Source: Candidatus Parcubacteria bacterium
GTDB taxonomy: Bacteria > Patescibacteriota > Minisyncoccia > Phycocordibacterales > JAKFXT01
Reading direction: 5' to 3'
Length of the DNA: 64,000 nt
NCBI GenBank assembly: GCA_021414235.1
Contig: JAIOOV010000004.1
Location: 121,091-185,090 of the forward strand
Below the pieces are notes generated by a model. That model worked only from the letters and a program-made list of their open reading frames with translations, searched no databases and was not told where the DNA came from. Of the stretch, positions 11,039 through 19,107 are shown piece by piece (position 1 is the stretch's first letter; every line of letters begins with the position of its first letter). A program made the position numbers and the translations under genes.

Positions 11039-11710
11039 ATGTCACATACCGTACATCCTTACTCGCACCGCCTCGGCATCATCCGTGATTGGAAGAGCCG
11101 TTGGTTCGGCATGGGCGCCCAGTACCGCCGCTTCCTCAAGGCGGACGTCACTCTGCGCACCTACCTGGAGAAGCGTCTCAAGGGCATGTACGTGAGCGAT
11201 ATCGAGATCGAGCGCGGCGAGAAGACCATGCGCCTCATCATCAAGACCTCCCGCCCTGGTATGCTCATCGGCCGCAACGGCGAAGGTTCTGAGAAGCTCC
11301 GCAAGGACCTCATCGCTCTCATTGATAAGCAGAAGCTCGAGAAGCCTAAGGATTTCAAGATCGACATCGAAGAGATTCGCTCCCCGGAATCGAACGCCAA
11401 GATCGTGAGCTACATGATCATCGAGGGCCTGGTGAAGCGCATGCCGTACCGCCGTGTGCTCAAGCAGTCCGTGGAGAAGGTCATGGCCAACCGCGATGTG
11501 CTCGGTGTGCGTATGGTCGTCTCCGGCCGTCTCGGCGGCGCGGACATCGCGCGCACGGAGGAGCTCAAGAAGGGCCGCGTGCCGCTCCAGACCTTCCGCG
11601 CGGATATCGATTACGCAGAAGAGCGCGCCATCATGCCGTACGGCACCATCGGTATCAAGGTGTGGATCTACAAGGGCGACATCTTTGATAAGGATAAGAA
11701 CGTCCGTTAA
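11039..11710 (+). CDS. rpsC: 30S ribosomal protein S3
   Basis: MSHTVHPYSHRLGIIRDWKSRWF... with KH and S3-C domains. The tracked ORF begins upstream at 10961, but that start would overlap rplV. Confidence 0.9.
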   Translation: MSHTVHPYSHRLGIIRDWKSRWFGMGAQYRRFLKADVTLRTYLEKRLKGMYVSDIEIERGEKTMRLIIKTSRPGMLIGRNGEGSEKLRKDLIALIDKQKLEKPKDFKIDIEEIRSPESNAKIVSYMIIEGLVKRMPYRRVLKQSVEKVMANRDVLGVRMVVSGRLGGADIARTEELKKGRVPLQTFRADIDYAEERAIMPYGTIGIKVWIYKGDIFDKDKNVR

Positions 11711-11719
11711 ATATTCTTT

Positions 11720-12139
11720 ATGTTGTTTCCTAAGAAAGTTAAGCATCGCAAGTGGCAGACCTCGCGTCGCAATGACAAGCGCGTCTGGACCGAGACGCGT
11801 GGCACCACCATGGCCTTCGGCTCCTACGGCCTCAAGGCTATCGCTTCTGCCCGCGTGCGTTCCAACCAGCTCGAGGCTTCCCGTAAGGTGATCGCCCGCG
11901 CCATCGGCAAGGTCGGCAAGATGTGGACCCGTGTGTTCCCGGATTTCCCGTACACCGGGAAGCCTGCGGAGGTGGGCATGGGTAAGGGCAAGGGAGATCT
12001 TCAGGGCTACCAGGTCGAGGTGAAGCCGGGCCGCATCCTCTTCGAGGTCGACGGTCTCACCCTGAAGGAGGCGCAGGAGGCGCTTCGTAAGGCCGGAGCC
12101 AAGCTCCCGGTAAAGACCAAGGTGGTCGCTCGCTCCTAG
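11720..12139 (+). CDS. rplP: 50S ribosomal protein L16
   Basis: 139 aa; PKKVKHRKWQTSRRNDK... Confidence 0.9.
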   Translation: MLFPKKVKHRKWQTSRRNDKRVWTETRGTTMAFGSYGLKAIASARVRSNQLEASRKVIARAIGKVGKMWTRVFPDFPYTGKPAEVGMGKGKGDLQGYQVEVKPGRILFEVDGLTLKEAQEALRKAGAKLPVKTKVVARS

Positions 12140-12173
12140 GCACAAGATTGACCCTGGGTCAAAAACAGGTAGT

Positions 12174-12359
12174 ATGCTCGCTATGTCCGAATTCGCTAAG
12201 AAAACCAAAGAGGAGCTCGAGAAGGAACTCGTCAATAAGTACGAGGGCCTTCGCAAGTTCCGCTTCGGCGTCGCTGGGAGCTCCCAGCGCAACGTCCGCG
12301 AGGGTCGCGGACTCCGCAAGGACATCGCCCGCATCCACACCGCGCTGAAGGATAAATAA
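12174..12359 (+). CDS. rpmC: 50S ribosomal protein L29
   Basis: 61 aa; KTKEELEKELVNKYEGLRKFRF. Confidence 0.85.
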   Translation: MLAMSEFAKKTKEELEKELVNKYEGLRKFRFGVAGSSQRNVREGRGLRKDIARIHTALKDK

Positions 12360-12365
12360 GCCTCT

Positions 12366-12620
12366 ATGACACCTGATTCTACAACTAAGAAAGCCGCTAA
12401 GCGCCTCGAAGGCGTGGTGGTTTCGACCAAGATGAAGGACACCGTAGTGGTGGCGGTGGAGCGCTACGTGAAGCATCCGATGTATGGCAAGTACTTCACC
12501 AAGACCAAGCGCTACAAGGCGCATGACGCAGGTAATGTCTCTGTGATGGGGGAGAAGGTCACCATCGAGGAGTGCGCACCTATCTCTAAGGAGAAACATT
12601 TCCGCGTCGTACGCTCCTAG
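12366..12620 (+). CDS. rpsQ: 30S ribosomal protein S17
   Basis: 84 aa; LEGVVVSTKMKDTVVVAVERYVKHPMYGKY. Confidence 0.9.
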   Translation: MTPDSTTKKAAKRLEGVVVSTKMKDTVVVAVERYVKHPMYGKYFTKTKRYKAHDAGNVSVMGEKVTIEECAPISKEKHFRVVRS

Positions 12621-12625
12621 ATTTT

Positions 12626-12997
12626 ATGATACAAGATCGCTCTATAGTCGTAATAGCAGACAACAGCGGCGCCAAGATCGGCCGCATCTTCAAGATCCTC
12701 GGTGGATCAAAGAAGCGCTACGCCACCATCGGTGACGAGGTTATTCTCTCTGTGCAGGTTGCAGAGCCTCGCAAGATGGTTAAGAAGAAAGAAGTTCTTC
12801 AGGCAGTGGTGGTACGCCAGAAGGCGGCCTTCCGCCGTGCTGATGGTTCCTACATTCGCTTCGACGAGAACGCGGTGGTAATCCTGGAGAAGGGTAAGAA
12901 GGAGCCGCGTGCTGGACGTGTCTTCGGTCCTATCCCGCGCGAGATGGCGGAGATGGGCTATCAGAAGATCGCTTCGCTTGCCCCGGAAGTCGTATAA
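12626..12997 (+). CDS. rplN: 50S ribosomal protein L14
   Basis: 123 aa; MIQDRSIVVIADNSGAKIGRIFKILGG. Confidence 0.95.
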   Translation: MIQDRSIVVIADNSGAKIGRIFKILGGSKKRYATIGDEVILSVQVAEPRKMVKKKEVLQAVVVRQKAAFRRADGSYIRFDENAVVILEKGKKEPRAGRVFGPIPREMAEMGYQKIASLAPEVV

Positions 12998-13001
12998 ATA
13001 T

Positions 13002-13310
13002 ATGAATATCAAGAAAGGGGACAAGGTCATAGTGATTGCAGGAAAGGACAAAGGTAAGTCCGGCGAGGTGATTCGCGCCTTCCCTCGCGCAAGCAAGGTG
13101 GTGGTCGCTGGCGTCTCTGTCGCCAAGCGCCACGAGAAGAGCCGTAAGGGTAAGCAGAAGGGTCAGGTGGTAGAGATCCCCATGCCGATTCATGTTTCTA
13201 ACGTGATGATCCTCGACCCTCAGAAGAACACCCGTACCCGTGTGTCTACCAAGCGTGAGAAGGGCACAGCCGTGCGTGTGACTAAGAAGAGCGGCGCAGA
13301 ACTCAAATAA
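13002..13310 (+). CDS. rplX: 50S ribosomal protein L24
   Basis: MNIKKGDKVIVIAGKDKGKSGEVIRAF (KOW motif). The ATG at 13002 was chosen because the upstream part of the tracked ORF overlaps rplN. Confidence 0.85.
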   Translation: MNIKKGDKVIVIAGKDKGKSGEVIRAFPRASKVVVAGVSVAKRHEKSRKGKQKGQVVEIPMPIHVSNVMILDPQKNTRTRVSTKREKGTAVRVTKKSGAELK

Positions 13311-13316
13311 ACCTGT

Positions 13317-13862
13317 ATGAAAAAGACCTCCAACAAGCAGGAAGAGACCTACGCCGCCCTCAAGGAGAAGGCGGGCTATACCAACGTGATGCAGACTCCT
13401 CGCCTCGAGAAGATTGTGGTCTCGGTTGGCGTCGGTTCCTTGAAGGATAAGAAGAAGCTTGAGCTCATCGCTAACCGCCTCTCTACCATCACTGGCCAGA
13501 AGGTCGCTATTCGTGTCGCTAAGAAGTCCATCGCCTCCTTCAAGAGCCGCCAGGGTGAGACCGTGGGTTACCAGGTCACTCTCCGTGGTAAGCGCATGGA
13601 GGGCTTCCTCTCCAAGCTCCTCAATATCAGCCTTCCGCGCACTAAGGACTTCCGCGGAATCTCGGCCTCCATCGTGGATGACATGGGGAATGCGACCCTC
13701 GGGATCAAGGAGAATTCCATCTTCCCGGAGACCGCGGACGAGGACCTCAAGGATGTCTTCGGTATGTCCATCACGGTGGTCACGACCGCCAAGAACAGAC
13801 AGGAGGCGACCGCGTACTTGGAGCACCTCGGATTCCCGTTCCGTAAGGAAACTACGGCTTAA
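13317..13862 (+). CDS. rplE: 50S ribosomal protein L5
   Basis: 181 aa with L5 signature. Confidence 0.95.
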   Translation: MKKTSNKQEETYAALKEKAGYTNVMQTPRLEKIVVSVGVGSLKDKKKLELIANRLSTITGQKVAIRVAKKSIASFKSRQGETVGYQVTLRGKRMEGFLSKLLNISLPRTKDFRGISASIVDDMGNATLGIKENSIFPETADEDLKDVFGMSITVVTTAKNRQEATAYLEHLGFPFRKETTA

Positions 13863-13942
13863 CTACGGCCCAGAGCGGTTTGACACCCCCTCTTCTGCCT
13901 GCTAGTATTCGCCGAAAGCTTCCAAGGGCTTTCGTTTTATTT

Positions 13943-14128
13943 ATGGCCAAAACCTCAGTTACAGTAAGAGCGAGCAGGACGCCGAAGTTCGCTTCGAGGG
14001 TCGTTCGCCGTTGCTTCAAATGTTCTCGTAAGCGCGCCTTCATGCGTGACTTCAATCTCTGCCGTATCTGCTTCCGCGAGCTCGCCAATCAGGGCAAGCT
14101 TCCTGGCGTTAAGAAATCTTCATGGTAG
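13943..14128 (+). CDS. rpsZ: 30S ribosomal protein S14 type Z (zinc-binding)
   Basis: 61 aa; MAKTSVTVRASRTPKF...CFKCSRKRAFMRDFNLCRICFRE carries the two CxxC pairs. Confidence 0.85.
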   Translation: MAKTSVTVRASRTPKFASRVVRRCFKCSRKRAFMRDFNLCRICFRELANQGKLPGVKKSSW

Positions 14129-14514
14129 CCGACCCTATCGCAGACCTCATCAACCGCCTCAAGAACGCCTCCGCTATAAAAAAGGAGTCGGTGTCGGTGC
14201 CGTTTTCCAATCTTAAGTTCGAGATCGCGAGCCTCCTCTCCCGCGAGGGCTTCGTATCCTCCGTCGAGCGCCGCGGCAAGAAGGTCAAGAAGTATATCGA
14301 TGTCGCTTTGAAGTACACCAATGGTGAGCCGGGCCTCCATGGCGCAGAGCGCGTCTCCCGCCTCTCGAAGCGCGTCTACTTCAAGGTCTCCGACATCAAG
14401 CCGGTGAAGCATGGCCATGGCGCCTTGGTGCTCTCGACCCCGAAGGGTCTCATGACCGACAAGGAAGCCCGCAAGGAGAAGGTCGGCGGCGAAGCTCTCT
14501 TCAAAATCTGGTAA
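14122..14514 (+). CDS. rpsH: 30S ribosomal protein S8
   Basis: 130 aa; ADPIADLINRLKNA... Confidence 0.9.
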   Translation: MVADPIADLINRLKNASAIKKESVSVPFSNLKFEIASLLSREGFVSSVERRGKKVKKYIDVALKYTNGEPGLHGAERVSRLSKRVYFKVSDIKPVKHGHGALVLSTPKGLMTDKEARKEKVGGEALFKIW

Positions 14515-14524
14515 TACTCACTAT

Positions 14525-15061
14525 ATGTCACGTGTTGGAAAACAACTGCTTGCGATCCCCAAAGAGACTACTGTGAACGTCTCCGGCTCTACTGTCACGG
14601 TCAAGGGTCCTCAGGGAGAGCTCTCTCGCGTATTCACCCCGGCGGTAAGCATCATCGTGGAGAACGAGCAGGTGCGCTTCCAGCCGAAGAAGGAGGGTGA
14701 CCTTCAGAGCCGCGCGCTCTGGGGTACCTACGCGGCGCATGTTGCCAACATGATTAATGGCGTCAACAAGCCGTTTGAGAAGCAGCTCATTGTCGAGGGT
14801 GTGGGCTTCCGCGCAGAAGTCGCAGGAACCTCTCTCAACATGAGCCTCGGCTTCTCTCATCCGGTGAAGATCGAGATCCCCAAGGGTCTCAAGGTCACCG
14901 CCGAGAAGAACGTCGTCACTGTCTCCGGCATCGATCTCGAGGAGGTAGGGCGCTTCGCTGCCTACGTCCGTGATCAGAAGAAGCCGGAGCCGTACAAGGG
15001 CAAGGGCATCCGTTACAAGACCGAAGTGCTCCGCCGTAAGGAGGGCAAGAAGTCTGCATAA
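14525..15061 (+). CDS. rplF: 50S ribosomal protein L6
   Basis: 178 aa; MSRVGKQLLAIPKETTVNVSGSTVTVKGPQGELS. Confidence 0.9.
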   Translation: MSRVGKQLLAIPKETTVNVSGSTVTVKGPQGELSRVFTPAVSIIVENEQVRFQPKKEGDLQSRALWGTYAAHVANMINGVNKPFEKQLIVEGVGFRAEVAGTSLNMSLGFSHPVKIEIPKGLKVTAEKNVVTVSGIDLEEVGRFAAYVRDQKKPEPYKGKGIRYKTEVLRRKEGKKSA

Positions 15062-15064
15062 TCT

Positions 15065-15427
15065 ATGAAATCTGCACGTCACAATTCGAGCACCAGAGAG
15101 CGCCGCCGCGGTCGTATCCGCGCCAAGGTGGCAGGTACCCCGGAGCGTCCGCGCCTCGCCGTGTTCAAGTCGAACCGCTATCTCTACGCGCAGATCATCG
15201 ATGACTCCAAGGGTGTCACCTTGGCTCATGTCACCTCCGTTCCTAAGAAGGGGGGCAAGAAGAGCGGCACTCCTACTGAAGCGGCGAGCCTCATCGGCAC
15301 CACTATCGCCAAGCAGGCTCTCGAGAAGGGCGTGAAGCAGGTGGTCTTCGACCGCGGCGGCTTCCTCTATACGGGGAAGGTCAAGCTGCTCGCTGATGCC
15401 GCTCGCGCCGGGGGACTCACTTTCTAA
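15065..15427 (+). CDS. rplR: 50S ribosomal protein L18
   Basis: 120 aa; RLAVFKSNRYLYAQIIDDSKGVTLA. Confidence 0.9.
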   Translation: MKSARHNSSTRERRRGRIRAKVAGTPERPRLAVFKSNRYLYAQIIDDSKGVTLAHVTSVPKKGGKKSGTPTEAASLIGTTIAKQALEKGVKQVVFDRGGFLYTGKVKLLADAARAGGLTF

Positions 15428-15432
15428 TATTT

Positions 15433-16008
15433 ATGAACGATACTCCTACACCGACTAACATCCCTCCCGTATCGGAAGCTTCTGCTCCGAAGGAGGCTCC
15501 GCGCGGCGCTATGCGCGACCGCCGTGGTCCTCGCCGTGGTGGTCCTCGCCGCGAAGAGCGCGTGAAGCCGGAGTTCGACCAGAAGATACTCACCATGCGC
15601 CGCGTAACCCGCGTGGTCGCTGGCGGCCGCCGCTTCAGCTTCTCCGTAGCTCTCGTCGCGGGTAACCGCAAGGGCATGGTGGGCGTAGGTCTCGGCAAGG
15701 CAGGGGACACCGCCCTCGCCATCGAGAAGGCTTTCCGTGATGCTAAGAAGAACATGGTCACTCTTCCTTTGACCAAGACTCATTCCATCCCGCACGATGT
15801 GGAGATCAAGTACGCCTCCGCGCGCGTCCTCCTCATGCCCGCTCCGGGCCGCGGTCTCATCGCTGGCGGCGCAGTGCGCGCGGTGCTTGAGTTTGCTGGC
15901 GCCAAGGATGTCGCAGGCAAGATCCTCTCGCGCAGCAAGAACGACCTTAACAACGCACGTGCTGCGGTGTTGGCTCTTTCTTCGCTTCGCCTTCGCCGCG
16001 CTAAATAA
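15433..16008 (+). CDS. rpsE: 30S ribosomal protein S5 (with N-terminal extension)
   Basis: RRVTRVVAGGRRFSFSVALVAGNRKGMVGVGLGKA core, preceded by a ~45-aa Pro/Arg-rich extension. Confidence 0.9.
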   Translation: MNDTPTPTNIPPVSEASAPKEAPRGAMRDRRGPRRGGPRREERVKPEFDQKILTMRRVTRVVAGGRRFSFSVALVAGNRKGMVGVGLGKAGDTALAIEKAFRDAKKNMVTLPLTKTHSIPHDVEIKYASARVLLMPAPGRGLIAGGAVRAVLEFAGAKDVAGKILSRSKNDLNNARAAVLALSSLRLRRAK

Positions 16009-16013
16009 CTTTT

Positions 16014-16454
16014 ATGCAACTTCACTCCCTCAAGCGGACTCATGAGAATAAGAAGAAGCGCTACGTCGGACGCGGCGGTAAGCGTGGTAAGACCTCTGGT
16101 CGTGGTACCAAGGGTCAGCTCGCTCGCTCTGGTCGCAAGCTTCGCCCGGAACTCCGCGACATCATCAAGAAGCTCCCGAAGCTCCGCGGACGCGGCAAGA
16201 ACTCCTTCAAGTCGACCGTCGTGAAGCCGGTGACGGTCACTCTCTCTGCTATCGACAAGCGCTTTGCTGCAGGGGAGGCCGTATCTCCGAAGACTCTCTC
16301 CGAGAAGAAGCTCCTCCTCCGTCTCGGCGGGAAGAATGCCACTGTGAAGGTGGTGGGTGGCACCCTCTCCAAGGCTCTCTCCTTCTCTGGTCTCTCTCTT
16401 TCCGCTTCTGCGCGCAAAGAGGTAGAATCGAAGGGCGGCTCGGTGGCTGCTTAA
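16014..16454 (+). CDS. rplO: 50S ribosomal protein L15
   Basis: 146 aa; RYVGRGGKRGKTSGRGTKGQ. It starts 5 nt after the rpsE stop, so there is no L30 gene between them. Confidence 0.9.
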   Translation: MQLHSLKRTHENKKKRYVGRGGKRGKTSGRGTKGQLARSGRKLRPELRDIIKKLPKLRGRGKNSFKSTVVKPVTVTLSAIDKRFAAGEAVSPKTLSEKKLLLRLGGKNATVKVVGGTLSKALSFSGLSLSASARKEVESKGGSVAA

Positions 16455-16458
16455 GCCT

Positions 16459-17730
16459 ATGGAAACTCTCACAACCAAGTTCCGTCTCTTCCTGAGCGAC
16501 TCCACGCTTCGTGCGAGGGTCCTTTTCGTACTCGGTATCCTCATCGTCTTTCGCGCGCTTGCAGCCATTCCCGTACCGGGAGTGGACGCGCTGCGCCTCG
16601 AGCAGTTCTTCAGCTCAAATCAGATCTTGGGCTTCCTCGATATCTTCTCGGGTGGCGGCCTCTCCTCTCTCTCTATTGTGATGCTCGGTGTGGGCCCCTT
16701 CATCACCGCCTCCATCATCATGCAGCTTGCTACCATGCTCTCCCCGCGCCTCAAGGCGATGTATCAGGAGGATGGGGAAGCGGGCCGCAAGCGCTTCGCT
16801 CAGTACTCCCGTCTTCTCTCTGTGCCGCTCGCGGTCATCCAGGGACTGAGCTTCTTGGTGCTCCTCGAGCGTCAGCAGATTCTCGTTTCCCTTACTCCGT
16901 TTGATTTTGTACTCAACCTCATCATCATCACCGCGGGCTCCCTCCTCCTCATGTGGCTTGGCGAGCTCGTGAGCGAGTATGGCGTAGGTAACGGCGTCTC
17001 CCTCATTATCTTCGCGGGTATCGTCTCGCAGCTCCCGACGACGGCAAGCCAACTTGCCTTCGCCTTCGACCCTTCCCAGATTCCGGTGTATCTCGGCTTC
17101 GCTGCGGTCGCTCTCCTCACTATCGCCGCAGTGGTCTCCATCACCGAAGCAGAGCGTCCTATCCCGGTGACCTACGCTCGTCGCGTGCGCGGAGCCAAGG
17201 TTTACGGTGGCATCTCTACCTACCTCCCGCTCCGTGTGAACCAGGCAGGCGTCATCCCCATCATCTTCGCGCTCTCTATCCTGCTCTTCCCGCAGATGCT
17301 CTCGAACCTGCTCTCGTATGCGGGGAATGCTACGATTAATAAGATTGGTGCTGCGGTGAGCGGTTTCTTCGCCGACCAGTGGGTCTACGGCATCGGCTAT
17401 TTCGTACTCGTCTTCCTCTTCACCTACTTCTACACGGCGGTGACCTTCGACCCTGACTCCATCTCCGGCAACCTCCAGAAGAGCGGCGCCTTCGTCCCCG
17501 GAGTCCGTCCTGGCACTCCTACTTCTGAGTATCTCTCCAAGATCCTCATCCGCATCACCTTCGTCGGTGCGCTCTTCCTCGGTGTGATTGCGGTGCTCCC
17601 GCTCATCATGCAGGGTCTTACCGGCATACAGGCACTCGCCATCGGCGGCACTGCGCTCCTCATCGTCGTCTCCGTGGTCCTCGACCTCATTCGCAAGATT
17701 GACGCTCAAGTATCGATGCGGGAGTATTAG
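16459..17730 (+). CDS. secY: preprotein translocase subunit SecY
   Basis: 423 aa, 10-TM profile, spc-operon position. Confidence 0.95.
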   Translation: METLTTKFRLFLSDSTLRARVLFVLGILIVFRALAAIPVPGVDALRLEQFFSSNQILGFLDIFSGGGLSSLSIVMLGVGPFITASIIMQLATMLSPRLKAMYQEDGEAGRKRFAQYSRLLSVPLAVIQGLSFLVLLERQQILVSLTPFDFVLNLIIITAGSLLLMWLGELVSEYGVGNGVSLIIFAGIVSQLPTTASQLAFAFDPSQIPVYLGFAAVALLTIAAVVSITEAERPIPVTYARRVRGAKVYGGISTYLPLRVNQAGVIPIIFALSILLFPQMLSNLLSYAGNATINKIGAAVSGFFADQWVYGIGYFVLVFLFTYFYTAVTFDPDSISGNLQKSGAFVPGVRPGTPTSEYLSKILIRITFVGALFLGVIAVLPLIMQGLTGIQALAIGGTALLIVVSVVLDLIRKIDAQVSMREY

Positions 17731-17734
17731 GAGC

Positions 17735-18343
17735 ATGACTCCTCAAACTTTCCTCTTCATGGGGCGCTCCGGCTGTGGCAAGGGCACCCAGTCTAAGCTG
17801 CTCTCCGGCTATCTCACCGCGCAAGATGGGCGTTCCGTCTATCATCTCGAAGCGGGTCCCGAGTTCCGCAAATTCTTTGCAGGGGAGGGTTACCCTCACG
17901 CACTCTCTCGAAAGCTCAATGACGTGGGTGAACTCCAGCCGGAATTCCTCTCTGTCTCTATCTGGTCGAAGCTCCTCTTAGAGAATCTCAAGGAGGATCA
18001 GCATCTTATCGTGGACGGCGCCGCGCGCCGCTATCACGAATGCGGCGTGCTCGATTCTGCTTTCGAGTTCTATGGCAGGGAGACGCCCTTCGTCGTGCAT
18101 GTAGACGTATCTCGCGAGTGGTCCCGCGCCCGCATGCTCGGTCGCGCGCGTTCGGACGACACTATGCTTCCTATAGAGCGCAGGCTGGAATGGTTCGAGA
18201 CCGAAGTCGTGCCTGCCATGGAATTCTTCCGTGAGAATCCTAAGTATCGCTTCATCACCGTAAACGGAGAGCAGTCTATCGAAGCCGTCCACGCCGAAAT
18301 CGTCGCAGCGATTGCCCCCCATTTTACTCATGGCGCTCATTAA
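17735..18343 (+). CDS. adk: adenylate kinase-like nucleoside monophosphate kinase
   Basis: Homology starts at MTPQTFLFMGRSGCGKGTQ (P-loop), position after secY. The sequence is divergent and no LID zinc motif was seen. Confidence 0.7.
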   Translation: MTPQTFLFMGRSGCGKGTQSKLLSGYLTAQDGRSVYHLEAGPEFRKFFAGEGYPHALSRKLNDVGELQPEFLSVSIWSKLLLENLKEDQHLIVDGAARRYHECGVLDSAFEFYGRETPFVVHVDVSREWSRARMLGRARSDDTMLPIERRLEWFETEVVPAMEFFRENPKYRFITVNGEQSIEAVHAEIVAAIAPHFTHGAH

Positions 18344-19100
18344 ATCCCCGGAGGAGATAGAGATACTGCGCGAAGCGGGTAAGATCCTCGCCTCCGTGGT
18401 CGAGGAAGTGAAGGGCGCCTGCCGTCCCGGCGTCTCTACGCTCGAACTCGACGCACTCACCGCTCGTCTCATGCGGGAGAGAGGCGGAGAGCCCGCGCTT
18501 GTCGGTTATCAGCCGGAGGGTGCGGATCGTCCGTATCCTGCGACGCTCTGCGTATCTGTGAACAATGAGGTCGTCCACGGAATACCGACCGCACAGCAGA
18601 TTTTGAAAGAAGGGGATATTGTCGGTCTGGATACCGTTCTCAAATACAAAGGGTTGTTTATAGACATGGCGATGACGGTGGGAGTGGGGGATATCTCAGA
18701 ACAGGATCAGAAGCTCATGAGAGTAACGCAAAGCGCGCTCTCTGCTGCGATCGAGGTCTGTCGCGCGGGTAATACCGTGAACGACATCGGCTGCGCCATC
18801 GAGAAGGTGGTCAAGAAGAGCGGCTTCGGCCTGGTAGAAGACCTGGGGGGCCATGGGGTTGGCCACGCTGTGCATGAAGAGCCGTACATACAGAATTACT
18901 GCGTCAAAGGATCAGGGACGAAACTGCGTCCAGGTATGGTGCTCGCGCTCGAGCCGATTGTGAATGCGGGCTCCATGCAGGTGGTTCTTGATAAGAAGGA
19001 TGGCTACACCTACCGCACACGGGACGGCAAGAGAAGCGCCCACTTCGAACACAGTGTTTTGGTAACGGATGGGGATCCGGAGATACTCACGCTAGTTTAA
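18330..19100 (+). CDS. map: methionine aminopeptidase (type I)
   Basis: ALIKSPEEIEILREAGKI..., pita-bread fold with metal ligands (D..D..H..E..E). Start could be 18312 or 18330. Confidence 0.9.
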   Translation: MALIKSPEEIEILREAGKILASVVEEVKGACRPGVSTLELDALTARLMRERGGEPALVGYQPEGADRPYPATLCVSVNNEVVHGIPTAQQILKEGDIVGLDTVLKYKGLFIDMAMTVGVGDISEQDQKLMRVTQSALSAAIEVCRAGNTVNDIGCAIEKVVKKSGFGLVEDLGGHGVGHAVHEEPYIQNYCVKGSGTKLRPGMVLALEPIVNAGSMQVVLDKKDGYTYRTRDGKRSAHFEHSVLVTDGDPEILTLV

Positions 19101-19107
19101 ATTTCTC

